The position numbers and the translations under genes were made by a program. A stretch of 53,067 nt of DNA, filler included, from Jimgerdemannia flammicorona (Eukaryota): the NCBI GenBank assembly GCA_003990765.1. It is 3 parts of 3 records of this genome, joined end to end, with 100 filler letters (N's around TTAATTAATTAA, not from the genome) between each part and the next. Parts side by side here need not be neighbours in the genome. Positions count along the whole stretch, not along the records: positions 1 to 17,633 come from RBNJ01002467.1; 2 more parts are not named here. The stretch is one strand, 5' to 3'. The notes under the pieces are model-generated. The model saw nothing but the letters and a program-made list of their open reading frames with translations. It did no database searches and was not told where the DNA came from. Within the stretch, counting starts at the first letter, position 1; each line of letters opens with the position of its first letter. Positions 1 to 11,926 of the stretch are shown here, in pieces.

Positions 1-554
1 CAATCACCTGGCCCGATCGTCACTGCCATCTTGAATCACACCATCCTGCATCTACCAATCACTAGTCGCCATCACCACATGTGTCGAGATCACCTCATCC
101 ACCTTAGCCAATCATCAGCTGCACCTTTCGAAATCCTCCGAGCCCCTTCTGAAATCCCCTGGTACACCTCTACGCCTTGAGGATGCAGTGAAAGTCCCCC
201 CCTGAGTAAAGAAAGCCTAAGGGCCTGACCCACGTCCCCCAGCCCGCCAGAGCATGCCAGTGAATCGGATGCTCACCACGAAGCTGGCCACGTTGCCGGA
301 TGTAGGACTCCACATCTCCTTGAGTGCTTGCCAGTGACTCCCAGAGCCTGCCTCGCACCATCTGGCCCATGAAATGATGAAACCCCTGAATTCTTGAAAA
401 CTGTAGCCTTGAGGTTGGGGCAACTTAACACCATTGGACTCCTCTTCTCTCACCGCTTCTGGCACACCCAACCTCGGGGCACTGATGGCCCCCCTTCCCC
501 TGCACTGTAGGGATCCAATTTCCACCCGGACCTTTTGACCAGTATGGTTTGAGA

Positions 555-1980
555 GAAAGAAGTCCTTATTGTGAAGTTGACAATATGTCTAGTATTATGA
601 TAATGAAAGTATAGTATTTATCAGCATTTGGATTGATGATATAATTATTATTACTAGTAAGAATAGGCTTAATGAGGTTAAAGAAGCTCTATACTAAGAA
701 TTTAAGATAACTAATATAGATAATATGTTCTTTTTTTTTTTAGAGATACATATCTATATATATAATAGAAATATACATATATATTATATATATATATCTC
801 ACAAGTGACATATACTCAAACAATTCTCAAACATTTCAATATAAGTAAATTTAAGTCTATTAATACTCTAATAAATACTTCTGTAAAGTTAAAAAAGCTA
901 AATACTATATTTAAGAATGATGATAATATACTTACCAAAAATAGTACTAAAGACAATAATAATAAAAATATTCCTTATTAGTAAGTGGTTGATTCCCTTA
1001 TATATCTTATACTAGAAATGAGATCTAACATATTATATACTATAAATAAGATAGTATAGTATTCTTTCTATTATAATAACTTATATTAGAGTGCTATTAG
1101 TACTTCTAAATAAATTGAATTGGGGTTTTTTCAATTTAAATCAAGTTTGAATTGAATTGAGGATTCAATTTCAATACTATTTTTTAAATATAATAACTTA
1201 ATGAAAATATGTCTAAAATTAATAATCTTTAGCTTATTATATTTCTCTTATATAGAGGAATCTAACAAGCTAAAGATCATTAAATTTAGACATGTTTTTA
1301 TTGAGTTATTATATTTTGAAAATTGTTTTCAAATCAAATCTCAAATCAAATTGGACCTTTAATTCAATCAAATTGAATCAAATTTGAGTCAAATTCAATT
1401 TGATTTAATTTATTAGGAGCACTAAGTGCTGTTAAGAGAATTTTCTGATACTTAAAGAGATTAGTATACTATATACTTATATTAGATAGTAGTAATAATA
1501 TCTGACTATCTAATATATAATACTAATTGGACAGGTGATTTAGATAACTACTAATCTATGACTAAATATCTCTTCAATATTAATAAAAGTAATGACAAAA
1601 GAGTTATTTCATAGCAAATACACAAGTAATTATCTATAATAATATTATCAATATAGGCAGAATACCAAGTATTATTATTAGTGATAAAGGAAGCTATTTG
1701 GCTTTATGAGCTATTAAGCAAACTTAGATTTGCTCAAAAATAGAGTACTATACTATACTAGAATAATCAACCAATAATAACACTTATTAAAAATCTAGTA
1801 TATTATAGTAGAATAAAATATATATTAATATATAGTATTATTTTATATAGAAATATATAGAAAACAGTACTATATACTTAGAATATATTTCCATAAAGTA
1901 TATGATTACCAATTCACTTACAAAAGCTCTTCTAAAGTCAAAGTTTGAGTAATACATTAAAGAAATGACTCTTATAAGTA
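555..1980 (+). mobile_element. Heavily degenerate Ty1/Copia RT-RNase H relic, interrupted by a MITE
   Basis: Translation gives ISIWIDDIII (~592-620, YVDD-type motif), eroded DADWAGDLD (~1520-1545), AEYQ..KEAIWL (~1657-1705) and NQ..IALxKNxV.H.R.KHI.I.YHF.-like text (~1762-1850), typical of Copia RNase H. Extremely TpA-rich with many stops. Ends approximate. Confidence 0.8.
1098..1424. mobile_element. Palindromic hAT-type MITE, copy 1
   Basis: Ends TAGTACTTCT...GGAGCACTA. 8-bp TSD agtgctat (1090-1097) / agtgctgt (1425-1432). Internal fold-back. Homologous to 16996-17359 and 31004-31324. Confidence 0.9.
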
Positions 1981-2197
1981 GTATGTATACTAATATTCAG
2001 TTGATTCTGAGATATTCTCTAGGCTATAAAAAGTCTTTCTTACCATATTACATATATATTTTATATCTATATTAGTTATATTCCTCATCTATAAGTGAAT
2101 TATATAAATATTTAAGATATTATGAGTATTTCAGAATATTTCTCAATCTATGAAAATTTCTTAGATATAGAATTTTATAATAGTAATTTTGAGTTAT

Positions 2198-2651
2198 TAT
2201 AACATAGTGGATACTAAGATGGGCAAGTACGTTAGATTTCTTTATCTTGAATTCTTGTCTTCTTGACTTCCAGAGTCAATAGTTCCTTGAGGCTAAATGT
2301 GTTTAAGAAGTAATCCCAAAAGTCCCTTTATTGGTATATTTGTTCTTTTTCTAATACTTTCGATCTGAGGTTTATTCACTTGAAGATACTGGGTTATTTA
2401 TACAAGTTTGCTAGCTATGAGATGGCTACTGAGTTATGTGGCTAAGTTATGAGTCATTTAGACAATGTCTAGAAATTTAGATAATATCGAAATGCTATAC
2501 TAAATTGGGGTGTTTGATTTGGACAATGTCTAGAAATTTAGACAATGTCGAAATAAGCAACTGCTAACTATAAAACTATACTACTTTGGGAATGGTGCGA
2601 TCAAGTGTCTATTCCCTATTTCCTTCTTCCTAATTCGGCTATACTGTCACA
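2198..2651 (-). repeat. 3' LTR of the Gypsy element
   Basis: Near-identical to 8406-8859. Starts TGTGAC on the minus strand. TATAAATA (~2395-2402) followed by AATAAA (2371-2376) on minus. Duplicated ~37-bp motif containing the palindrome-like GACAATGTC (~2457, ~2518). Confidence 0.95.
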
Positions 2652-3150
2652 ACTTCCTCCTGAATAGATGGTCTTGTCTCTGAGACATCTATTCAAACTC
2701 CTATGCTTCAACTGTCTGTATGGTTTTGTACTGTTCAATTTGTTGCATGACTGTCTCCCAATGATGTCTCCTTATTTTATCAAAGTCAGTAGGGGTTACT
2801 CCTCGCAGGTGGACTAATGCTGATTCATCTTCTCAAAATAGCTTGTGGATCCTTTTGGCAATGGTGATCTATAAGTAGGAGAGTTGGCACTTTACGATCC
2901 AGTCTTCTTTGGTCTTTACTGGATCCTGGTTGAGCACCTGTCTGAGCTTGAAGTACTCTTGGAACTCTGCCTGATATTGGTAGGTACTAAAATGTGAGAT
3001 CTGAGAGAGATGAGTCTGCACAATACTCTGAATATCCTCATAGTATGCCTCTATGGTCGGAGGCTCAGTGGTGTGCCATTGTCTTTCAATAGCCCTTTGT
3101 GCAGTACTAGTGATCTTGAGTGCTGCTGCAGTGCTCTGGTTATTGGCCAT
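2647..3150 (-). pseudogene. Gypsy accessory ORF3 (~167 aa) of unknown function
   Basis: ATG at 3150. One frame MANNQST...FQEYFKLRQVL...IAKRIHKLF*EDESALVHLRGVT...HLFRRKL* runs through the PPT and ends at TGA 2649-2647 inside the LTR. The four internal stops are TAG/TGA, each revertible to CAG/CGA. Homologues elsewhere in the window. Confidence 0.8.
2652..2664 (-). promoter_or_regulatory. Polypurine tract
   Basis: Minus strand CAGGAGGAAGT immediately before the 3' LTR. Confidence 0.75.
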
Positions 3151-3239
3151 GGTACTTCTTGAGTCAGTTTCAGTGAATGGTGGTGGGGATTATTGTGTCT
3201 GAGGGCTTTCATAGTCGGAAAGTGGTCCCTTTTATATCT

Positions 3240-6200
3240 TACACCAGGTAAGGTCCTTCCTATTTAGGCTCCATTTTTTGTGACTAAGAGACTTCTACCA
3301 TATTCCAATATACTAGGACTTTATCTCCTATCTTGATAATCTTCAGGGGCTTGTGGGTTTTTTCTGCATTGCTCCATTGTAGTACCTACACCTTGATTAT
3401 ATAATCTTCTGCCTTTTTCCTAATTTGATGTAATCTCCATATCTCTGTATCCACATGCTTCCAGATTGCATCATTACCTACTGACAAACTTCTACCAGAA
3501 CCTTCTTCACTGAATAGTATTTCTCGTAGTGTAAAATAGGTACTTTGTGATCATATATCCCACAGAGTAAATAATGCTATTAGTAGATAGTGGTCCCAGT
3601 TTCCATATTCGTCACAGATCTTGGCAATGATGTTCTTGAGAGTCTTGTTGGTTCTTTCTGCTTATCCATTTCCTTATGGGTGATAGGCTGTGGTTTTGAT
3701 GTGCTGGATCTTGTACTTCTTATAAAGAACCTCATGGAACTGGTTGATGAATTCTGTTCCTCTGTCTGTAGTAACTTGCTTTGGAGTCTTGAATCAGCAG
3801 ATGATTTCTCTATGAAAGAAATCAGCAATTGACTGTGCATTGGCTTCCTTGAGGGGTCCAGCCTCTACCCATTTTGTAAATAGATCCACTATTACAATGA
3901 CATATTAGTTGCCAGTCAATGTCAGGGGTAGAGGGCCAATTACATCCATTGTAATATGGGCAAATGGTATTGGTTTGATATCTGCTGATCCAGGGGCTTG
4001 ATCCCATCAGTCTTATTTCTATTTCTAGCATTTGTTACAGGTTCTGACAAATTGTCTGATATCTTCTTCCATTCCGGGCCACCACATGGTTCTTTTTGCT
4101 TTGTCATACATATTTGTTCCTTCTACATGACTCTGTTCATATACTTCTTTCATCACTTGATTCTTCTGGTGCTCAGGAATGACTAATTGTTGTTCTTTCT
4201 TGAGTGTTTCTCCATCAGTTTCAAATTGTTTCCATGTCTGATTAATAATTGTTTTTGTCCATTCTTCCAGATGCAGGGGCATCTTTTGCTGCCCCAGATA
4301 GCTGATGATTCCATAATACAGCTCTCTATTCATGGTGATTTTGTAGGGGTGGGGTCCTTCAGAGTGTCTGTGAGAGGGCATCAGCATTGGCATTGGTTTT
4401 TTCAGGGCGGTGAGTGATCATGACATCGTATGCTTGCAGCTTCATGATTCATTGAGTATAGATTCCTTTGGGCTCACTGGTAGTGAGCAATCAGGTGAGT
4501 GCCAAATGATCTGTCTAGATGGTGAAATGTCTGCCAGCCAGATAGTAGTGGAACTTCTCCACAGCCCAGATGACTGCAAGGCATTCCAACTTGTATGATT
4601 TATAGGACTGCTCAGCTCCTCAGGTACCTTGGCTGAGATAAGCTACCATGTATTTGGCACCATTCTTCTTTTGTACAAGGACAGCTCCAAGTCCCATTGC
4701 ACTGGTATCCATCTGCAGAATAAACTCTTGAGTCCAGTCAGGTCTTCTCAGGATTGGGGCCTGGGTCAATCTGGTCTTAAGCTCGTCAAAGGCTAGTTGC
4801 TGCTGCTGAGTCCACTGAAACTTGACCTCTTTTCTGAACAGATCATAGATAGGACTGGCAATGTGGGAGAACCTTCTGATAAATCTTCTGTAGTAGGATG
4901 CAAGTTCCATGAAGGCTCAGGCTTCAGTGGTACTGGTAGGTACTGGGTATGCTGCTATTGCCTTGATCTTTGTAGGGTCTGTATGTATTCCTTCATGGTT
5001 GATGATATATCTAAGGTATGCGATTTCTTCTTCTCCAAACTTGCATTTCTTGGGCTTAATATAGAGGCCATGTTTGTGAAGCCTTCTGAGGATTTCCTCA
5101 ATGTGGTCCAAGTATTCTTTGACTGTTCGGCTGAAGATGATCATATCATCTATGTATACCATCATTCATTTCTCCATAACATCTCTGAAGATACTGTTCA
5201 TCATTCACTGAAAGCTTGCTGGTGCATTACACATTCTAAAGGGCATGCAGAGATAGACATAAGTTCCATCTGGGGTGATGAAGGCTGACTTTTTGCTGAC
5301 TTCAGGTGTAAGGCCAATTTGGTAGAATCCAGAGAACAGATCAAGAGTAGTGTAGAATTGTGCTTCATTCCCCAGCATGATAAGAATGTTGCCAATGTTG
5401 GGCAATAGTTGTCTGTCCTTTTCTGTGACCTCGTTGAGTCTTCTATAATCTATATAGAGTCTTGGTGCAAATTCTCCTGGTCGGCTTCCTTTCTTTGATA
5501 CAAGAATGATGGGGGAGGACTAAGGGCTGCTGGCTTCTTCAATAATACCAGATTCCTCCATTTCCTTGATCTCTGTCTTGAGCCATTCTCTGTATGCTGG
5601 TGGAATGGGGTGGGCCTTCTGATAGATTGGCTTTGCATCTCCAGTATTGACATCATGATAATACAAGAGTTTCTTGGTCTTGATATCCTTGAAATCCATG
5701 GCCAGTACATCCTCAAATATATGCAAGAGGCTCTGCAATTCTTCCCTAAGAGGAAAGTTTCTTCTGATTGTATAGGTGTGTTTGTCTTGGCTTTCCTCCT
5801 TCTTGTGCTCCAATTCAGTGATCTTAGTTGCTGTGAGGACTCCTCTTCCTGTAGAGCCGAATCCAGCTCTTCCTCATTGAGTTTGTCTGATGTTTGTGAC
5901 CTCCTTGATTCTTGGATTAAGGACAGGTAGGATGAGCATTTGCACCAGCCGATCCTTCTTCCTTACTTTGAATGAGATTGTTGGGTTGTGGTTCCTGATG
6001 AGGAGAAGGATTTCTCCAGTATAATCCAAATCAATGACTCCTCCTTTTATAGATATTTCACTCTTTGCCAAGCTACTCCTTGTCTTGAGGATTCTGACAT
6101 GATTTGGTGGGATGGTTACTTCAATTTCTGTTCCTAGAATGGTAGTGGTCTGCAGTTCAAGTATTGTGTATATTGTGGTAGATAAGTCCATTCCTGCTGT

Positions 6201-6930
6201 ATTCTCTGATTTGTATTGTGGCATGACTGCATCAGGGTGGATTCTTCGTATCTTGACTATGATGTCTTCTTCATCATTACTGTCATCCAATAGTTCTGGT
6301 GGTCTATCTTCTGATTCCTCCTGGTTCTTCTTTGGCTTATTAGTGATCTTCTTTATCTCAATGATCCAAGAGTAGCAGTGATCTAAGTACTGGGTACAGT
6401 ACATTCTTTCATCATGGGGGCACCTTCCTAGTGAGGCATATCTGTCTGCAATTCTTGTATACCATTCTTCCTCTGTCAATTGCTTGCCTTTTCCTTTCTT
6501 CATAGTAACCATATAGGCTTCTTCTTCTTGGTCTTCCTCCATCTCGGGGCAGACTCCTTTGTAGACATTGATGGGAATTCTGATCTTCTTTCCCCAGTAG
6601 ATGATCTGCATCTTCTGTGCACTGAGGTCAATCATGGCCTTGGCTTTGTGAAGCCACTGGTTGCCGATGAGGATATCATAGTTGGTTGCATTAGTGACAA
6701 TGACATCCACAGGAATAGTGGCTTCACCAAACTTGATTGGTACATCCTGGATTTTTCCCAAGAGTGTTGCTTGTATTCCATCAGCTGTGACAAATATCAG
6801 TTTGGTGGCTTCTTCTATCTCCCAGCCTAGGCGGTCTACTGCTTTCTTGGTAATGAGACATCCTCCTGCTCCCATATCAATAATGGCTTCGAAGACTTGA
6901 TCCTCGATCTGGCAGGTAGCATAGGCTGAT
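3240..6930 (-). pseudogene. pol: Gypsy pol polyprotein (aspartic protease, dUTPase, RT, RNase H, integrase)
   Basis: AIIDMGAG (DTG eroded to DMG, ~6880); TLDLFSGFYQI, MPF, VYIDD (RT); FILQMDTS..GLGAVL (RH); H..WWPGM..CNKC (IN zinc domain); MDVIGPLP, TDRGTEF, AYHP*GNG*AER (IN core, ~3960-3640). Confidence 0.93.
5850..6263 (-). pseudogene. dut: Trimeric dUTPase domain between protease and RT
   Basis: All five motifs are readable: AGMDL, TRSS, GVIDLDYTG, DRLVQM and *GRAGFGST, where the Arg codon CGA has become TGA. Confidence 0.9.
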
Positions 6931-6959
6931 GTTTTCCAATTATCTTCACTCTCTTCATC

Positions 6960-8306
6960 TGAATCTTCTTATGCATTATTGGCTTTGATTATTTTCCAAC
7001 CTTGGTCTTTGCCGATGTCTGAGATTCCTGTCCTCATTTGTTATCTGAATGTTGGGATTTCAGCCAGCTGGCCAAAGGTTGCATTGACCTTTTAGTCCTT
7101 GAGGTCCTTGAAGATGTCATACTTGAAGGTCTTGCTCTTGCGCAGTTTTTGCTCCTTCTTCCCTTCACTTGATGGAGTAGTATTTCGAATAATATCTTCT
7201 ACTGCTCACTCTAGCTCAGCATCTTGTTCTAGCTCCATTTCTTGATCAGCTTCACTCTGCTGGATCTCATTTCCAATGACAACTTCCAGTTACTTTGTTT
7301 GTATCTGGGTCTTCTTAGGAGGTCTGCCTGGAGATCTTTTGTAGAGACTGGATCAGACATCCTTCTTGCTTGAGGTAGTAGGGTAAGCTTCCCATTCCTC
7401 CCTCTCTTCCTCAGATTCTCCAATCTCCTCAAAGGTGATAGTGTTTGCCTGCTCATGGTTCCTGGTTGCATTGTTTGGATTGGCCTTTTGCTTGGTTTCT
7501 GTCATGCATTCGGAGGCATAGTGGCCTTCTTCTCCGCAGTTGTAGCATATTATGGATCATCTTGCATTTGTAGTGGCAAACTTCTATACTGGCTTCTTCT
7601 TGAACTCTTTGACTATGTCACTGAGGTGTGCAGTCATTTCTGCGAACTGTTTGGCCAGTTCCTCTATTGGGTCAACCCTTCTCTGTTCTTGTGATTGCGG
7701 TTGTGTATTCTGGTTAACTATGGTAGCCAGGATTGTATTGGTGACTCTTGGTGCTTGTTTGATTTTTACTCCAGTTATCCTTTCCATTGTATGGCCTTGA
7801 GGGTGTCTGACAGTCCAGTATCTTTGGGCATAGGTAACCTTCTGTCCCAGGTCCAGTGGTATTGGGGTAGATTGAATGGCTAAAGCAATTTCTTGGTGAA
7901 TACCTTTCATGAAGGTATTCTCAGCCACTTGGTCTTGAACTGTATCGGGATAGTCAGCGAGGACTATTTGGTGTCAGATTCTTGTGTAGAATGTATTTGG
8001 GTCTTCTGACATTCCTTGGCAGATAGTATTCAGTTGATCTTTGAGTGCCTGTTTGATTTCATCTGTGTAGTAGGTTATCTAGAGCCAGGCCTTGAAGGCC
8101 AGGATTCTTGCTGGATCGTCAGCTTCTTGTACATTAGCTGTGGTAAACGTAGTTCTTACTGGGCCTCAGAGGCTCACAGAGAGTAGGACTACTTGTTGTA
8201 CTGCCAATAAGGTTCTTATAGCAGCATACTGCTCGAAATCATCAATGAAGGTGATGATTGATTCATCAGAGGTATATCCATGGAATACAGGTGGTCTCAT
8301 ATCCAT
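6960..8306 (-). pseudogene. gag: Gypsy gag
   Basis: MDMRPPVFHGY...FIDDFEQYA capsid-like start. CCHC knuckle CYNCGEEGHYASEC at ~7506-7547. Multiple stops. Confidence 0.85.
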
Positions 8307-8386
8307 TCTGTCTGGTTGTGTTGTGTGGGTTCTGGTTGCAGTTGTTCATTGTTCAGCTTGAAAGTGAGGGATTCATCTTGAATCAC

Positions 8387-8402
8387 TAGCCAATGGGCAC
8401 CA
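8387..8402 (-). promoter_or_regulatory. Primer-binding site
   Basis: Minus strand TGGTGCCCATTGGCTA starts 3 nt after the 5' LTR; TGG is complementary to tRNA CCA. Primer tRNA not assigned. Confidence 0.7.
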
Positions 8403-8405
8403 AGT

Positions 8406-8859
8406 TATAACGTAGTGGATGCTAAGATGGGCAAGTATGTCAGATTTCTTTATCTTGAATTCTTATCTTCTTGACTCTCAGAGTCAGTAGTTTCTTGAGG
8501 CCAAATATGTTTAAGAGGTAATCCCGAAAGTCCCTTTATTAGTATACTTGTTCTTTTTCTAATACTTTCAATCTGAGATTTATTCACTTGAAGATACTGG
8601 GTTATTTATACAAGTTTGCTAGCTATGAGATGGCTACTGAGTTATGCAGCTAAGTTATGAGTCATTTAGACAATGTTTAGAAATTTAGACAATGTCGAAA
8701 TGCTATACTAAATCAGGGTGTTCGATTTGGACAATGTCTAGAAATTTAGACAATGTCAAAATCGGCAACTGCTAACTATAAAACTATACTACTTTGGGAA
8801 TGGTGCAATTAAGTGTCTATTCCCTATTTCCTTCTTCCTAATTCGGCTATACTGTCACA
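8406..8859 (-). repeat. 5' LTR of the Gypsy element
   Basis: 454-bp direct repeat of 2198-2651, differing mostly by transitions. Confidence 0.95.
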
Positions 8860-9715
8860 TTATATATAGTTTTAGTTTTTACATATATTGTATTGTTTTT
8901 TTACTCTAGTTTATATTATTTTTTTAGGTTATATATTTTGTTGAGTAAGAGTATTGGGATAGTAACTCAATATATCAGTATATTACTTATATCACTTTAT
9001 TAGTTTTATATTTTTCATCAATAATATATAAAATATATGATCTATATAACTTTAATAAAATTGTCTCTTTATAATATAATATGATATATACTCTAAGCTT
9101 TCTATTTTAAACCAATAGTAATAGTTAAAAATATTATAACTTATTTGTCTAAATCTTAAATATTAAATAAGAGCTATTAATTTTACTTTTAATTATTTAT
9201 TAATATTTAGTTCTTCTAATTTTTTTTTTTAATACTTTTAATTTTATCTTGAAAATTATAATTAATATCTTCATTAGATAAATATTCAACTTTATCTTCA
9301 TTCTTAATATTTTTATTTTTATCTTTAGTATTTATATATTTATAATAATTTGTAATTTTAGCAAAACATATATCTACTTCTTTATTTTATTTTTTATATC
9401 TTTATATGATATATTCTGAATTATCAGATCTATACATTATAATTAATAAATCTGTTAACTTTTAACTTTCATTAAGAGTATTTAATAAAATTTTCTATTA
9501 TTATTAATAAAAAGATAAATTTTCTTTATTTTTTTTTTCTATTTTTTCATCACTATTACTTTTTATTTCAATATAATAAGATTTATAAGCATTTATAATT
9601 TCTTCTTAAATATTTTCAATATTTTAAGATATATCATCTTCAATATCTATTACAGTAGAATATATTTTTTAATAGTATAAGCTATTTAAAAATAAATAAT
9701 TTTTTTTTTAATTTA

Positions 9716-9855
9716 TTAAGATAAAATAATAATTGAAATAATAATTGAGATAATGATTGAGATAGAATGACAATTAAGACAATAATTGAGATAGAATGAT
9801 AGTTGAGACAATAATTGAGATAAAATAATAATTGAATAATAATTGATAATTGATA
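9716..9855. repeat. Degenerate short tandem repeat (ATAATTGAGAT-like units)
   Basis: Repeated ataattgagata/acaataattgaga motifs. Similar motifs recur at ~16853-16890. Confidence 0.6.
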
Positions 9856-10063
9856 TCTCTTTCTCTACTACTATATTAGTTATAAGGTAATTGTCAGTCC
9901 TTTCACCAGTAACATTCAGGTAACACAAGACTCAGACAATACTTTTTACAATATTTTTAGTAATAGATGACTATTGACATAGATGGCAATAATTGCACTG
10001 GTGAGCATACTGGCTAGGGGGGCAGTGGTGCCTTTGACTGGCAGCAAGTGAGGAGGAGGGGAG

Positions 10064-11733
10064 ATGGTTTGGGGATATCAGGGGCTGCTATGACTGGACA
10101 AGATACTGGTGGTAAAAAGAGGGGCAGCCTGAGGCAATGAGAAGGGAAGAGGTCAACCTTTGCTAATAAGGTCAAGATGAGGAGAATGACCTCTAGTCTA
10201 GATAGTTGGCTGGGCCTGAGGAAGTCATCAACAGCTACTGTAGAGGGACAGAGAGAGGTGTCTAGGGGAGTACCTGGTGGCAGGAGAGGGGGGGGAGTAG
10301 GGGCTAAAGATGTGACTGTTGATAGAGCTATGACTGGGGATTAGGAAAAAAATCCAGATGTGATGACAGTTGATGGTTCAGGATAGGGGGTGGGCATAAG
10401 GCCCAGGGACCTGGTGGATGGAGTGACAGGTATGGTATCAGTACCATTACTTAAGAAATCAAGGTCAGAATTCACCATTACATTGTGTTTCAGGGGCTTA
10501 GCAGTAACTGTGAGAATGATCTTAGGGCTAGTAGTACAGGAGATGAAGGGGGCAGCCTCAGTGAAGTTTTTGAAGGAGAAAGAAGGGATCGAGATAGAGT
10601 TTGAGGAGGAGGAAGCATTGTTGGCTGCCATGGAGAAGAGGGTTATGGTGGGAGGGATAGTAGTCCCTATGGCTCAGTATATATACTGGAACCCCTGGGT
10701 GGTGCAGTTGACAGTGTTGGATCTTCTTATGGTGTCAAGAGAGAAGACCAGAGAGTTGATTGTGGGGGCAGTCAAGGAGTATAGGGAGATTGTAGATATC
10801 AGGTTCAAGGTCTGGGAGAGTATAGAGCTCTGGACTAATGATGTCAACATCTAGGTGAGGCTGGCTAAAAAAAAGAATACAGGAAAGATGAGAGATTGGC
10901 CAGCAACTCTGAAGTGGAGATCAGTGGAGTGCAAGGTCATGTGGATAAAGGGGATACAGGAGGAGGAGGAAGATTTGCTTGAGGCTCTGGAGGATCTGGT
11001 GGGGGCAGTCAAGAGGAGGCAATTAGCATGGAAGGAATATGAAACTAAGACAGTGTTGGAGGTAGTTGATGAGAAGAGGACCAGGATGGATCAGGTGACC
11101 TGAGAGAAGATACAAGGGAGGAGAATCCAGAAAGAGCTGCTGGAGAAGTTGGATGGTAGTGAGACTAGTAGCAGTACAGAGGCTGGGAGAGCAGGATTGC
11201 ATGAGAGTATCTGGGCAGAGGAAAGTGGGATGGCCCAAGGGGGGGCTCAGGATGGATCAAGGGAGGAGAGGCAGAGCAGTATTGAGGTAGATGTGGAAAT
11301 GAGCAAAGGAGTACACCCTCAGTATAGTGTTCTGGGTGGGGCAGGGGGTGAGGAGGAATTACTGGATGTACCAGATGAGGAGTGGGATGAGTTGGTGAGA
11401 AGGAGTGCTTTGGTGGACCCAGAGGTGAGGGGAGAGCAGGTTGCTCAGAGTATGGCAGAGGTAGTAGATGAGGAGAAGTGGCTGTAAAAGACTCTGAAAG
11501 GGGTGGCAGCCAAGGAGCTGGGGGGAGAGGACTTCTGGGTTATGGAAGAAAGACACTGGGAGGAAATTCTGCATAGAGAGGAGCTCCTGAGGAAGGTTAG
11601 AAATGAGATCTTAGTGGTACTCTTGGAATCTATTGAATATCAGATCAACGATCAGAGGGAGGAGGAACTCAGGGGAATTGTGAATGACTGGGCAGCATAC
11701 TTGTGGGGATTGAGGAAGAGATTAGAGAAGTAG
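10064..11733 (+). pseudogene. LINE ORF1
   Basis: Collinear ORF fragments 10390-11733 upstream of ORF2. Clear homologue at 20760-22240 (FADKVK, LKWRSVECKV, EEDLLE.LEDL). Start approximate. Confidence 0.7.
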
Positions 11734-11926
11734 AGGGTGGTTTGCACAGACTATAGGGCAGAGATGGAAGTAGTGGATGGGGTGGAATGTCAAGAGATCT
11801 TGGAGGCATTGGATACTCAGGTTGTAGTAGAGAGTGACTTGGAAGCAGAGTGGTGCTTGGATCTGGCTGGGGATGGGATGAGCATGGAATTTTAGGTTGG
11901 GGTCTCAAAAAAAAACATTATTCAAT

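Larger units (their letters stand above)
2198..8859 (-). mobile_element. Full-length Ty3/Gypsy LTR retrotransposon (gag-PR-dUTPase-RT-RH-IN-ORF3), inactivated by point mutations
   Basis: Two 454-bp LTRs (2198-2651, 8406-8859), probable 4-bp TSD TTAT, PBS and PPT present, Gypsy domain order with IN last. Many in-frame TAG/TGA/TAA stops. Confidence 0.95.

Noticed and set aside
1..540. GC-rich segment with two short minus-strand ORFs
   Set aside because: No recognisable motif. Probably a repeat fragment at the contig edge and cannot be assigned.
2647..3150. ORF3 as an env gene
   Set aside because: Short and hydrophilic, with no signal peptide or TM anchor.
3590..8361. Many plus-strand ORFs over the Gypsy element
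   Set aside because: Antisense shadows of gag-pol.
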